A stretch of 64,000 nt of DNA from a virus (Duplodnaviria > Caudoviricetes). A program made the translations under genes and the position numbers. Location of the stretch: the IMG/VR virus record IMGVR_UViG_3300029305_002725, positions 1-64,000 of that record; one strand, written 5' to 3'. Shown piece after piece: positions 29,277-40,956 of the stretch. The notes under the pieces were generated by a model, which saw only the letters and a program-made list of their open reading frames with translations, had not been told where the DNA came from and searched no databases. Every line of letters starts with the position of its first letter. Within the stretch, counting starts at the first letter, position 1.

Positions 29277-30813
29277 TCACCTCTTCGTATTCATATCCAG
29301 TAATCCATTTAAACCTAAGTTTGTCCCACCAAGTAAACTTGTAATCAGGCCACCACGGATGCCCATATCTACACAGCTTTGACATCATATGATATTTGTC
29401 AATATATGTCCAATGGTGCATTTCCTTATCATAATATAACTTCCATCCACAACAAAGCCAACTGTTAATCTTACATGGAATATTTACAATCCACCATACA
29501 ATCCTATGACGTTCAATTGGACTATATTTCTTTTCGATGTTCTTGTACTTTTCGTCACCAACAACATCCATCCCATGTCTTCCTTTATCTACTTCTTGTC
29601 TATAATACAAACCAGAAAGTGCATCATATAATTCCCAATCTGCCTTAAAGTAATTGTTAAACCAGTTCACCCCCTTGCGATACCATTGATTCAAAAAAGT
29701 TTTTCTATTCCAACCTGAAATTCCAATAGAATCACAATAACGAGTATAATTGATGTCACTCATCTTGCATACTTATCCTTTCTGCCATCAACATGGATTT
29801 CCTTTCCACATTTTTGGCATTTGTAAATACGGATAGGAAATCTGATTCCATATTCTATTTCTTGATAGAAACCAATCTTTTCATAGTCGTGCTTACAGAA
29901 CAGCTTTTGAAACCATTTCATTTATGCTCCTCCTTCGGCGCTTCAACAAAATTGTAATCCTTGGTGTACACGAGCTCTGCCATGACTTCCATATCACCAC
30001 AAATAACCATTTGAAGAATGGTGATATCTCTGTCTGGATCATCTTCTTCTCTATAGTACCCACCATCTCGATAATAAGTATCTCTATGCCATTCTTTCTT
30101 TGTTGCCTTGTGACCGCCTTCTTTGAACAAACTTTTTGCCCTATCGCTATTTAAGTGAAAGCGTTCAAACCAACTCTTGGGATGATTCTTAAGAATTGCA
30201 CCAGTAACTGCGTTGATCTTGACGTTATTAGTGCAGGTATGGTTACCCGCGTGGTAATATGATGTATTAAACATTTCCGTCACTCCTTAAATAAAGTCGC
30301 TCACTTTCATACCAGGAGCATTCCAAGGGGCGCTAGGGCTGTAGAAATCACTTTCGTCGTCTCCATAATGTGCCTTGTATGCTCTCTCAAAATCTTCATC
30401 TGTGTAGCCAGTGTACTCTTCCTCATCATCGAACTCATCTTCATCACATGCCACATCTACGCCAAGGCCGCAGTATACTCTGCAAGCTTCGCTGTACTGT
30501 GCATCATAAGGACATTCGCCATAGTCGCAAGGTGTGATTTTAGCCATAGTTAATACCTCCTTTATACTTCAATATAATGGCAAGGAATTTTCATCTCCGC
30601 GTTATTCTTGTTAACAATCGTAAGATAATCCCAACAGTCTAACTTTACTTTGCGTTCACCAAGCGTTTTGTCAAGGTATCCACAGAACAAATCTTCGTAA
30701 TCAATCCAAAACGTTGCAACTATCCATCCACTTTCACGGATGACACATAACTCTCTTGCATTTGTTTTGGTACGCAGAAATTCTCTTAATGTCATATACA
30801 ACTTCCTTTCCAT
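29254..30813 (-). CDS. Hypothetical ORFs (29254-29763, 29918-30283, 30287-30547, 30562-30813)
   Basis: ORFs with RBS. Confidence 0.65.
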
Positions 30814-30885
30814 TTTTAATTTTGAGCTTAGCGCTCATCCTTACCCACCAGATGAACTGATGGGCAAGATCAAAGCTAAGCTTGG

Positions 30886-31932
30886 TTAGCTGAAAGTATA
30901 ATCAACAATGTCGTTGAAGCACAGGTTGGGATTCTCAATAAACAGGTTCATCCAGCACTTTGCCTTAGTGTCACCAGATGCAATCAATACCTGCTCATTC
31001 AGGTCCATTCCATAGATAGTAACTTCAAGCTCCATGTCAGTGTCGTCAAGTGCAACTCTTGCTAAGCAATCATCTTTATACGGCGCAGAATCTTCGAGAA
31101 GATTTCCGTAATACTCTTCTTCTCTGCTATACTGGCCTGCATAAAAACCTTGATTGCGAGTAAATGTGTGAGTCTTATTGATGCCAGACCAGCTCGGCGC
31201 TCTATAAGTAGTAGTCTTCATGACATATTCAAAAGGCTTGTCACACTTCTCTTTAATGAGCACCTTTGCTGCCTCAACAGTATCCATCATTTCGTCATAC
31301 ATAACGTATTCCGTTACACAATGGGCATTGTAATAGCCGCAAGAAAGATTTACTGCGCTCAGCTTTGCTTCGGGCATCAGTACAGAAATGTCAGAGAAAG
31401 AACCATTTGCAAACTTGAAATTCGTTGCGTCTTCAACGAAATCAATGAATTCTTCATTTGCGCAACTGTAAAACACCGCATCGTTGTTGCCTCTGCGGTC
31501 AAACTCAACCATGTAGTTCACTCCAAGTTCGTCGATATATCTGACTTCTGCAGCCTGTCCCTTTTCATTGGTTGTCGCATATTTTGCCTTTATAAACTTA
31601 CGTGCACCAACGCCGCCCTTTTCTTCATCTTCGCAAAGAAGCACAGAACAGTGCAGCTCCTTTACAAGATTCATAATGATAAACACGCCGCATCTATCAT
31701 CACCGCCGATGCCCTGAGGGGAAGTCATTCTGCCGTTTACCTTATAAATCTTTTCACACTGTTTAGTGTGTACGGTATCCATATGCGCTACGAGCAATAC
31801 AGGCACATCTCCCTTTGCATAAAGGAAGCCGTCTTCGTCAACAACATTGTACTTCTTGCTTGCCAAGTAGCCTTTCATGTATTGCTTGACTTCGGGCTGT
31901 GTCATTTTGCAGATATCTTCAAAAGTCTTCAT
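30886..31932 (-). CDS. M28/M20-like metallopeptidase
   Basis: AHMDTV, GGDDRCG, DEEKGGVGA, EFDR, SFSDI, NLSCGYYNAH. Confidence 0.85.
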   Translation of the reverse strand: MKTFEDICKMTQPEVKQYMKGYLASKKYNVVDEDGFLYAKGDVPVLLVAHMDTVHTKQCEKIYKVNGRMTSPQGIGGDDRCGVFIIMNLVKELHCSVLLCEDEEKGGVGARKFIKAKYATTNEKGQAAEVRYIDELGVNYMVEFDRRGNNDAVFYSCANEEFIDFVEDATNFKFANGSFSDISVLMPEAKLSAVNLSCGYYNAHCVTEYVMYDEMMDTVEAAKVLIKEKCDKPFEYVMKTTTYRAPSWSGINKTHTFTRNQGFYAGQYSREEEYYGNLLEDSAPYKDDCLARVALDDTDMELEVTIYGMDLNEQVLIASGDTKAKCWMNLFIENPNLCFNDIVDYTFS

Positions 31933-31949
31933 TTGTGTTACCTCCAATA

Positions 31950-33266
31950 TTACATGCAATCTCTTGCGTTGTAGTGAGTCAATCTACCATGGTCACGGTA
32001 TGCCTTGCCGCAATTTACGCAAATACCCATGTGTCCAATGGTCATAACCTTTCTAAGAGCGCTAGGCTCATTGTTTGCGGGATAGAAGATGCTTACACTT
32101 CTGTTGTAGTTGTAGTCAGGATAATGCTGAGAGCCTTCTGCGTTCTGAATATGCTTAACACATTCATTCGGTCCAACTTTGTATTTCCATTCACCCTCTG
32201 TATCAAGTAACTCTGCAAATTCTTCAATCATAAAATCTCTGAATTTATCATACAAATTGGTTGCACCATCATTTCCCTGAGGATACAGACGACTCTGGAT
32301 AAACAGATTGCCATCGTAATGATACATCTGCCGATAAACCTTAGGAATCTTATAAACTTCTCCCTCAATCTTATCTACAACAAATGTAATGATAGACACC
32401 TTGTCAAGCATATAAGACAATGTGCCTCCCTTGCATCCGCCGCTATAGATGTTATGACAGCTCTGCCAGTTAACACCATGAGACATCAACAAATAATCAA
32501 GAGGATTGAGGCTGATAACAAACTGCATTTTTCTTGTCAATCCAGATACAAGGTCGGAGTATTCTGCGAAGAGCTTGTTATAAGGATAAGTTGTCTTGGT
32601 TACACCATTAACAACTTTCTCTTCGGGATGCAGCTTGTCCACACCATAGTGAGTGCACACAGCATTGAATGCGCGGCTTGTCTTCATTCCCCTTTTCAAC
32701 AGAGGACTGTTGCGATCTGCGTGCTTCTGTAAGTCTTTAGGAATCGTAGAAGTGTAAGTTTTATGGAAGTAACTAATATGGTCCCAAAAATCATCTCTGT
32801 TCTGTAGAGATTTTCTTGTGGCACGAGTATCATAATCGAACTGACCAAACGTTTCCATTCTTTCCTGTTGCTGTTTCTCATTGGGCAGGTTGTCAGTGCT
32901 TAATACTTTCTTGCCAGTGAGCATATAATCAAGAAGCTCTTTTCCTTTATCATCCTTGAACTGCAAGAGCTCATTGGTGTAAAACTTGGCATCAAAATTA
33001 ACAAAGAAATTACGAATTTCACGACCATCAATATCACGGTCAAATTCCTTTTCAATTACGATACGCATATCTCCAATGTAATGCTTGGAGGTCATAAACA
33101 TCTTGATAAGCGGCTCTTTGTTCGTAAAGTATGTATCCAGAAGAGAGCACACACCCTTTTCTGTGTTTTTGTGTCCATACTCCGTGAGCAACGCCATAGT
33201 ATTGTCAACAAGTTTGTCAGTGTCACAATACTTGGACCACTTCTGACTCAACTCTTTCTTATTCAT
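31950..33266 (-). CDS. Conserved-looking hypothetical phage protein
   Basis: ISLNPLDYLLMS..WQSCH..RLYP motif; start at MNKKE chosen by RBS. Confidence 0.75.
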   Translation of the reverse strand: MNKKELSQKWSKYCDTDKLVDNTMALLTEYGHKNTEKGVCSLLDTYFTNKEPLIKMFMTSKHYIGDMRIVIEKEFDRDIDGREIRNFFVNFDAKFYTNELLQFKDDKGKELLDYMLTGKKVLSTDNLPNEKQQQERMETFGQFDYDTRATRKSLQNRDDFWDHISYFHKTYTSTIPKDLQKHADRNSPLLKRGMKTSRAFNAVCTHYGVDKLHPEEKVVNGVTKTTYPYNKLFAEYSDLVSGLTRKMQFVISLNPLDYLLMSHGVNWQSCHNIYSGGCKGGTLSYMLDKVSIITFVVDKIEGEVYKIPKVYRQMYHYDGNLFIQSRLYPQGNDGATNLYDKFRDFMIEEFAELLDTEGEWKYKVGPNECVKHIQNAEGSQHYPDYNYNRSVSIFYPANNEPSALRKVMTIGHMGICVNCGKAYRDHGRLTHYNARDCM

Positions 33267-34062
33267 CTGTCTTTTCCTCCTTGTAGATTGAAGCAATTTT
33301 TGCCTTTGCCTGATTGTATTTAGTTTCAGACATGGGGCTAGGAATGCGCTCTTCATAATCTCTTCTGTAGTTATCTACGAAGAACAACTTATCATATTTG
33401 GGAGAGTAATATGCAACAAACTTATAACCTCTGTGTTTTACAATAAAGTGGTCAACGACACCAAGTTCATTCACACATGCCTTTACTGTATTGCGGCTCT
33501 TGAGGTCATATTCGAAAAATCCGTTGATGTATCCGTCACACACATATCCCTTTGCTGTCAGCACATCGACTGTAATATGCTTGTCGAACAATCCAGGATA
33601 CTTGATAAAAGCATCTTCGATGGCCTGTACACCTGAGTTGCGGCATCTATAATAAACACATACTTTCTTGGCATCGTCGGAAGCAATGCTTGGACTTCTG
33701 GACCAACTCTGACCACAGCGCAAATCTGCTTCATAAGTCTCTTGCACAGTTAAGAGGTTGCCGTCACGGTCAACGATATTTGCCTTAACGCTTTTCTTGG
33801 AGTTTATTCTCATGCTGCTGCACTTAAAGCAATCACGTTTTGCTTCCTCTTCTGTAAAATGTGCCTCGATGCTTTCGGGGTTATTGTTAATAACTGCGCC
33901 GCAATATGCACATGTTACATAATCTTTACGGTTATCATCCTTTGTTGCAAGAATCCGCTCCTGACCGATTCTAATTCCTTCTACGACGAAATATCCGTGT
34001 TCGTAAGTCGCTTTTTTCCAGATATAATACTTGCCTTCATGTTTTCTTAAAAGAACTTCCAT
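33259..34062 (-). CDS. Hypothetical Cys-containing protein
   Basis: 267 aa ORF. Confidence 0.75.
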   Translation of the reverse strand: MEVLLRKHEGKYYIWKKATYEHGYFVVEGIRIGQERILATKDDNRKDYVTCAYCGAVINNNPESIEAHFTEEEAKRDCFKCSSMRINSKKSVKANIVDRDGNLLTVQETYEADLRCGQSWSRSPSIASDDAKKVCVYYRCRNSGVQAIEDAFIKYPGLFDKHITVDVLTAKGYVCDGYINGFFEYDLKSRNTVKACVNELGVVDHFIVKHRGYKFVAYYSPKYDKLFFVDNYRRDYEERIPSPMSETKYNQAKAKIASIYKEEKTDE

Positions 34063-34106
34063 ATGTTTTCCTTTCTGTCATATTGACCTTGATGTCGGAT
34101 GGGACT

Positions 34107-34646
34107 TTATGCTGCAAATGTCGTCTGCTCGTTTTCATCAAGCAGTGCTTCAAGCTCCCTTTCTGCTTCAGTACGTGCAGCCATGGTTGCATGCCACTTG
34201 GCTTCATATTCACTGCACTTCTCGTCCAGCTTTTCAACCTTTGCCCTTGCTTTTGCAATTGCTGCCTGACGCTCTTCTTCTGCTTTGCGTTCCGCTGCAA
34301 TGCGATCTTCTTCTGCCTTACGAATAGCTGCCTGCTCAGCCTGATATGCCTGCCAGCGCTTTGCATCTTCTTCAATCGATGCAGTCTCACGCAGACGAGT
34401 TACGATTGCATCCAGGCTTTCATTGACACGGGACAAATAACAGAAATGCTTTCCCTTGATTGCTCTCTTTTTACCAGTCAGATGAGCAGACATATCGGGT
34501 GCATAACATCCAATTGCTTCTGCTGCATCAGTAACACTGGTATACACTGCTCCAGTTTCAATGCAAATAACGGGCTTGCAATGCTTGCTGTTGACTTTTC
34601 CCTCTGCCTTAATGTTAGCTTCGTTCTGAATGTTAATGTTTTTCAT
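34107..34646 (-). CDS. NUMOD1-like DNA-binding domain plus coiled coil
   Basis: KPVICIETGAVYTSVTDAAEAIG followed by an A/E/K/R-rich tail. Confidence 0.65.
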   Translation of the reverse strand: MKNINIQNEANIKAEGKVNSKHCKPVICIETGAVYTSVTDAAEAIGCYAPDMSAHLTGKKRAIKGKHFCYLSRVNESLDAIVTRLRETASIEEDAKRWQAYQAEQAAIRKAEEDRIAAERKAEEERQAAIAKARAKVEKLDEKCSEYEAKWHATMAARTEAERELEALLDENEQTTFAA

Positions 34647-34711
34647 AATTTATATTCTCCATTTCTAGCCTGTGGCTGTTAATGTATTATTGTCGAATTT
34701 AGATAATGGGA

Positions 34712-34740
34712 AAGGGAGCCCCTTATTCAGAGGCTCCCTT
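34712..34740 (-). terminator. Stem-loop, probable terminator
   Basis: AAGGGAGCC/GGCTCCCTT. Confidence 0.6.
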
Positions 34741-34747
34741 GCGAAGA

Positions 34748-35299
34748 TTAGCGCATGGAATTGCGCTTAGCAGTGATAGTGGCGGGCTCGTTGGTGATTT
34801 CGGTTACGAACTTGATTGCCTTGGCAACCAGAACAGTGTTGTTGGGATTGCGATACTGGAAATCCTTTGCCTTGACAAGTGCCTTGACCTTGAAGAAACG
34901 GTTAGTGAAGTTGTAATCGTAGTCCTTGAAGACATGCATCAGATTGGTGCATACATGGTATCCCTTAGAACCCAGCACAACCTTGTCGCCGTAAGTGTCT
35001 TCGACATTCATTACGTACTGCTTGCCCTTGCAGCGCATATTTGCATCGGTGCCCTTGTAGGCATCAATCCAAATCCATTCCTGCTCAACTGCTTCGAAGT
35101 AGCGGTCATCAACAGAGTACTTCTTGCCAACCTTGTCGGGGTCAACGTGCTCAAGAATTTCAATCTTGATGTTGTTACCGTTTGCCTTACGAGGGAAGGT
35201 TTCAACAACCTTTGCCTTACGAAGCACGGAATTACCACAGACGGAGTACTCACGGTCAGCAGTGGACAGGGGACGGATAACAGTGTTGATAGTAAACAT
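34748..35299 (-). CDS. Conserved-looking hypothetical phage protein
   Basis: AYKGTDANMRCKGKQY..GYHVC..RFFKV; biased codon use. Confidence 0.75.
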   Translation of the reverse strand: MFTINTVIRPLSTADREYSVCGNSVLRKAKVVETFPRKANGNNIKIEILEHVDPDKVGKKYSVDDRYFEAVEQEWIWIDAYKGTDANMRCKGKQYVMNVEDTYGDKVVLGSKGYHVCTNLMHVFKDYDYNFTNRFFKVKALVKAKDFQYRNPNNTVLVAKAIKFVTEITNEPATITAKRNSMR

Positions 35300-35441
35300 A
35301 ATAATTCTCCTTTTAATAAATAAGTTTTGTCATTTGTTTGTTTGGTCTGCCTGTCAATTTGGCAGCTCTGTACGTTTATTCTGGTAAGGTTAATTGTTGC
35401 TACTTCATTGGACTCATTCCTTTCTGTTTTAATTTTTGTAT

Positions 35442-38400
35442 TTAGAGTAAATCGCTTTGATTCACTTCATACACAAGTTGCGGCTTAGGAGTTGTGCAAG
35501 TATCAAGTCGAACAGCATAGATTCGACCAGTTCCGTTGTGACAATACCAATTGCTGCAGTCTTTCAATTCTCTTTTTGCTTCTTCAAGACTGCTGCAATA
35601 TCTAGTGATTGACCTACGAAATTCATCAACCTCATTTTCAATGTAATAAATGAAAGGTTTATTTTCGTAATCAATACATTTTTGTCTGTTATCAAATTGA
35701 GTGCCATCTTCTGCAATATAAACAGTTTTCATGTGTCATTTCCTTTCTGCTATTTTTTGAGTTTAACACTCATTCTTGCTCACCATAGCTGATGAGCAAT
35801 ATCAATGTTAATCCCATCGACGATTGATGATACCAAGGATTGCGTTATCAATTGCAATCTGCGTTGTCAACGTCTTGAGGTGCTCAAGTTCTTCTTCCGT
35901 TGCCTCGATGCAAAAGTCACGGCGCAGAATCTTAAGCTTTGCCTTGATGTACTTTTCAGGTGTTGTCCACTGGGGAGAATGAGAAGTTACATATTCGTCG
36001 CTCATAGTTTTGTCCTCCTTTAGAACGGTTCACAAAGATATTTAAGTGTGCGGCTGCGTTCCGTTTCATTGATTGAAAACTTATCAAGCTTGCCATCCAG
36101 TGCCAACTGAGTAACATGAGTAATTTTCTTTTCTGTTGCCTCATCAACTACAGGATACAGCTTGTAAATTTCTCCAGTAGAATAACAGCGCTCAATGTTT
36201 TTCAGCAAGGCGAATGCCCCTCCGAAGATGGGGTCATGAATTTTGCCTGCCTTGATGATGTAACCAATGAGTGCCCGCTGTGCATCTGTGTTTGCCTTTT
36301 TGTAAAGTGTTGTGGTGTCATAGATTGCATCATAGATTTTGATGGTTACCATGATTGTCGTTTCCTTTCGGTTAGAATTTCAGTGCATCAAGCTTTGCCA
36401 TGAGTTCCGCTTTGGTGCCGCCCAGTTCCATTTCAACAAGGATTTCCTGCGCTGCATCGTGTGCCTTTTTACTCATTTCAATTCTTGCCTCTCGATATGC
36501 CACATTTTCAGGCAACATATATGAGCCAATTCCATGAACGCGAACACAAAGTTTGCTTTCTACATAAGTGGCAGACGGATATTTATCAGCCAACTCCTGA
36601 ATAAACGGCTTACATTTTGCTTCGGCTGCCTTAATGTCTGCATCAAACTGTTCCTGTGCTTCGTTTGCCTTGCGCTCCAACTCCAACATGGAATCAGAAT
36701 TCATTGCCTTTTCGTATACCTTCTTTTCAATGTATTCCTTAATAGTCTTGGTAACTTTCATTTTGTCAATCTCCTTTGTTGATTTATAGTAGTGCATAAC
36801 ACTCCATGGAACACACAACATTTCTGTTATGTGTTCGAGCAATGTTATCCAACAAAGTCAAAGTCATGCCCAATGATTGCCTTGAGCTGCGCATATGTAT
36901 ATTTCTCTTTAGGACGTTCCCACACAACATCCACAGGAATTGGAGAATCGTCAAAGAGGTATTCCAAATGTCTGGGCAACCAAACTTTTACAATATCATT
37001 TTCTCTTTTTTGTGAAAGAAAACACAGATTGTCGCTGTAGTCAACCATACGAATAAAAGTGCGGCTGCTGTCCATACAGATAGCTCTATGAGCGTTACTA
37101 GTGTTAGGGAAAATATCCTTGAATAAAAGAAATTTCTTTCCGTCACGGCGCTCAAGAATCATGCCGCTTTTGAGTTCGCTTTTAGTCATTTTTATTTCCT
37201 TTCTGTTGTTTTGTAAAACTTAACATACATTAAAATTCCAAAATATGTATGCTAAGAAAAGATATGATGCAGCAAGCAAGATTTTCATTTGCCTTGTCCT
37301 CCCACTTTATTATTTGTGATTTCTAATTCCCTCAAGAGCCTCCTCATAAGAAGAGTATTTCTCTTGTGCATTATCAAAGGATACACGGATAATATCCTCA
37401 TTTTTGTTCACAGAAATCATGATGACTTTTCCATTCCAGTCCTGAATAATCAAGTTGTGAATTCCGTTGTATTCTTCTGGGAACAGAACAGCCATATTGA
37501 ATACATAATTACACAGAATGTATTCAAAGTCGGAGTAGCTCATCTTGTCGTATCCCTCAGTTACCTTAAAGTGATTGAAGAACATTGTAGGATGCATTAC
37601 AGCGTCACGAACTATGAACTTCTTTTCTCTTACGGAATAGTCAACAACTTCGCCATTTTCGACGATGATACCACTGAACAACCTTCTAACACAGATAGCT
37701 TTCATTTGCCTTACACCTCAATAAAACCTACACGTTGTGTCACACCATGCTTTGCATAGAGTTCACGAATTTCCTTTGCTGCTTTCTGAACTTCATTCCA
37801 GTCATAGAGCCGACCAACACGGCGAGCCATGCCATCTTCATCCATGATGACGAGCTGATACTGCTTTTTATTTCCGTTTTCACAGTAGCGAGGGCAATAA
37901 TCTCTAGGATGCATTTCTGTTGTCTCCTTTCTTAATTCTCTTTTACATGATGCCCACACTCAGGGCAGACAATGGCATCCTTATCTGCATCATATGCCTC
38001 TTCAGTAAAGAAGCTATATTGACAGTTTTTACAAATATGATCAAACATTTGCCTTGCCTCCATTAGATTGAAATTCTATTTTTGAACATCCATATTATTT
38101 CAGACAGGATGCGCTTTCTTCTTTTGCGGTATTCTTGAGGGACATCTTCTTTGCGTGCACGTTTAACACGCTTTACTTTTCCTTTGTGATATTCAATGGG
38201 ATGAGGTGTGTATGGTGCTTGAATATAATACATTTGCATTTACCTCATCTACATTCACAGAACACTTGCGTTCCACACATAAAATAATCTGTGTCGATGA
38301 TGTTACAGTGTTCTTCAAGCCATTTGTGTGCTTCCTTTGTGGTCATCGCTTTGCGCAGATAGATTTTGAGATTGCCTACCATGATGTAAGCGTTCCATTT

Positions 38401-40045
38401 TTTAGTCTTGTACATTTGCGTTTTCCTCACTTTCAAGTTCCCTTTGTATTTCTGAACGGCTATCGCCAGAGCAGATAAATACTCCATTTAGGTATGCTGC
38501 ATAATGGTCACCTATATGACGGATTTCATATTTTTCCATTTGCCTTGTTCTCCATCATTTGCCGTTTCTTTTCAAGGTATTTTTGCAGAGTGTTTCCGTC
38601 TGCGTGATAGACATAGAGAGGAATAGGGTCGCCCCATTCATCATAGTTGTGTTCAGCGCATTGTTTGCTATGACAAGTTCCACCATGTTTCGCTTGACAA
38701 GCAAGGCATGATTCATCCCACTTGATGGACTGAAACCATGCATAGTTCTTTTTCACTTTGCGTCACCTCCATTGTTGATTTGGGTTGTAAAGCCCATATT
38801 TATAGGCCCAATGGACGGGGGATTTCCGTTGGGCCCATAGTATATAGGTTTTATTCAAAGAAATTTGAATGCATTTTGTATTTCAACTCCCATCCGTTTG
38901 CCTTGAGGAATGTCAGCAGGCTCTCCATGCTGGGCAGCTCAAATTCTCCCTTAACAGGAATAGGATTGACGGGGCATTTAATCCTACAGAAACACTTAGA
39001 CATCTGCACAATTCCCTTGCGAGTAGACACAGGAAATTCTTCCCATCGGACAGAGGCAACCAACTGGATATTGCGCTCCTGTCCATAATATTCCTTTGCC
39101 TTTTCAATGTTGGCAACATTACGGGAACCCTTATCCGTATTCAGATAATCAATCAGGTTTCCCTTTTTGGTAAACACAAGAACACAGTTATACTTCATAA
39201 AGAATACCTCCATTATTTTTAAGCCTATCGGCTGTTGATTACAAATTTGCCCCAGTATTATTTCAATCCAAAAAACACTTATGTTTCCGTTGTCAGCATC
39301 GGGGCATAGTGGATATGTTTGTTCTACATATCAAGCCTAAGAGCCTTGGCCGCTCTCACTCTTTGCCGTGTCATTTTCTTTACTAGATGACACTCTAGTT
39401 AGTGTGATTTCCTTTTAAGGATAACGCTCCATGAGGCCTACAACGTGTTTGCGTTATAGACCCGAGCAACGTTATTTAAGTATATAAATTATGTCTTTAT
39501 GTGTGCTTGCAATTGCGCACTGGTTGCAGTTGATATGCTTTCCAGTTTTGGCGCATATCTCGCAAGATTTCTCGAAAGCCTTTTTGGCCTTAGCAATATT
39601 AGTGGCGCTGTATTGGTAATTAACGCCGACAAATTCAAAATAAGTCATGTTTATTACCTCCTATTTGGGCATGGATTTTGTGCTTAAGCCCATAATGATA
39701 GGTAGGATACACCTACCCACGGTTATAGGTTTAATCTAATCTAACACCTAAATATGATTCGATGAGCGCATAGTCTACATAGCATAGGTCACAGAACCTC
39801 TTGACTACATCAATTGCACCCTCATGCCAACCATAGAACTCAGCTGAGCGCACAGCATCTGCTAAGAATGATATGAACTTCTTCATATCGGGAATACCAC
39901 AATTGACGTAATTGGCTGCTGATAGTGCACCACCGAATACAGGGATAGCATTCGGGTATTGCTCGTTGAGTGCCTCAATGGCAGATTTGATACTTGGGTC
40001 ATACCAGATGATGTTAGATGAATATAGTTCTTTCATACAAAACAC
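35442..40045 (-). CDS. Run of early-region hypothetical ORFs (35442-35732, 35808-36005, 36020-36352, 36372-36842, 36845-37189, 37310-37705, 37711-37959, 38245-38487, 38526-38756, 38851-39213, 39731-40045)
   Basis: Co-oriented ORFs, most with RBS. Confidence 0.65.
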
Positions 40046-40258
40046 CTCACATTTCAGAGGTTACGACAGGAACACACACATAAGCATTATGGCAAATACG
40101 GATACAGCTGTTAATGCGAGCATGAGTGCAAACTGGGTCAGCTGATTCATGCGTGTTTGAAATGTGTGCAACATAGTTGTCACCCCTTGATTATTTATTC
40201 GGGTAGTAAGCCCATAATAAGGGGCTCGACACTTGGTCAAGCCCCATGGTTATAGGTT
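38790..40258 (-). repeat. Three dispersed intergenic stem elements (38790-38850, 39686-39731, 40208-40258)
   Basis: Minus strand AACCTATA..RTG-[GC hairpin]-..TATGGGCTT. Confidence 0.75.
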
Positions 40259-40287
40259 CACTGCGCATTAATTTTGTGCTGTTGAGA

Positions 40288-40956
40288 TTAAGCGTTGGCT
40301 GCTGCTTTCTTTGCGGCCTTACGAGCCTTAGCTCTAGCCTTACGGTCAGCTTTCTTGGCTTCTTCCTCAGCTGCTACCTGTTCTGCAGACTTAGCCTCCT
40401 GTTTGTTGATAGCGTCACCAAGAAGAGCCTCAACAGCCTTGACAAATGCAGATTCTGCCTGAATTGCAGGGATACGCTTACAGTTGCCAGGAAGTGCCTC
40501 AAGGCGAGCCACCTCAGCCTTTGCTGCGTCATAGGCTGCGATAGTTTCCTCAGTTTCTTCCTCATTCATTGCATTGCGAGCAAGACGGAATTCCTCACGA
40601 GCGTGAGCCATTTCGTTGGTGATATCAATGACACGGAATCTCATGGCATTAGAGATAATTTCCTCTGCCACGTTGTGGACATCGAGTTTTGCCCCGTTGA
40701 CTTCGCCCACCATGTCAATGACAGGCTTTAATGCACCGTAAAGTGCAGACTGGTCACAAGGTGCGACAGTTTCAGCGTCACCCATGTGGTTATATCTGTA
40801 TACACGGATAGCGTATGCAGGGATACGAAGAGCCTTTACGGCAGAAATCCATACACGGGCATTGGTTACTCCAACGGCTTCGCCGTTGATACGTGCGCTC
40901 TTGAACTCACGGTTAGAAGCTAATGCTTCAGCATAGATAGACATTTCTTTAGACAT
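40288..40956 (-). CDS. Hypothetical Ala-rich protein, first gene of the leftward arm
   Basis: AGGAGGT RBS before MSKEM. Confidence 0.8.
   Translation of the reverse strand: MSKEMSIYAEALASNREFKSARINGEAVGVTNARVWISAVKALRIPAYAIRVYRYNHMGDAETVAPCDQSALYGALKPVIDMVGEVNGAKLDVHNVAEEIISNAMRFRVIDITNEMAHAREEFRLARNAMNEEETEETIAAYDAAKAEVARLEALPGNCKRIPAIQAESAFVKAVEALLGDAINKQEAKSAEQVAAEEEAKKADRKARAKARKAAKKAAANA

Noticed and set aside
31150-35323. Long + strand ORFs (31150-31974, 34083-34682, 34706-35323) and 63211-63567 on the minus strand
   Set aside because: Antisense shadows of well-supported genes with biased codon use.
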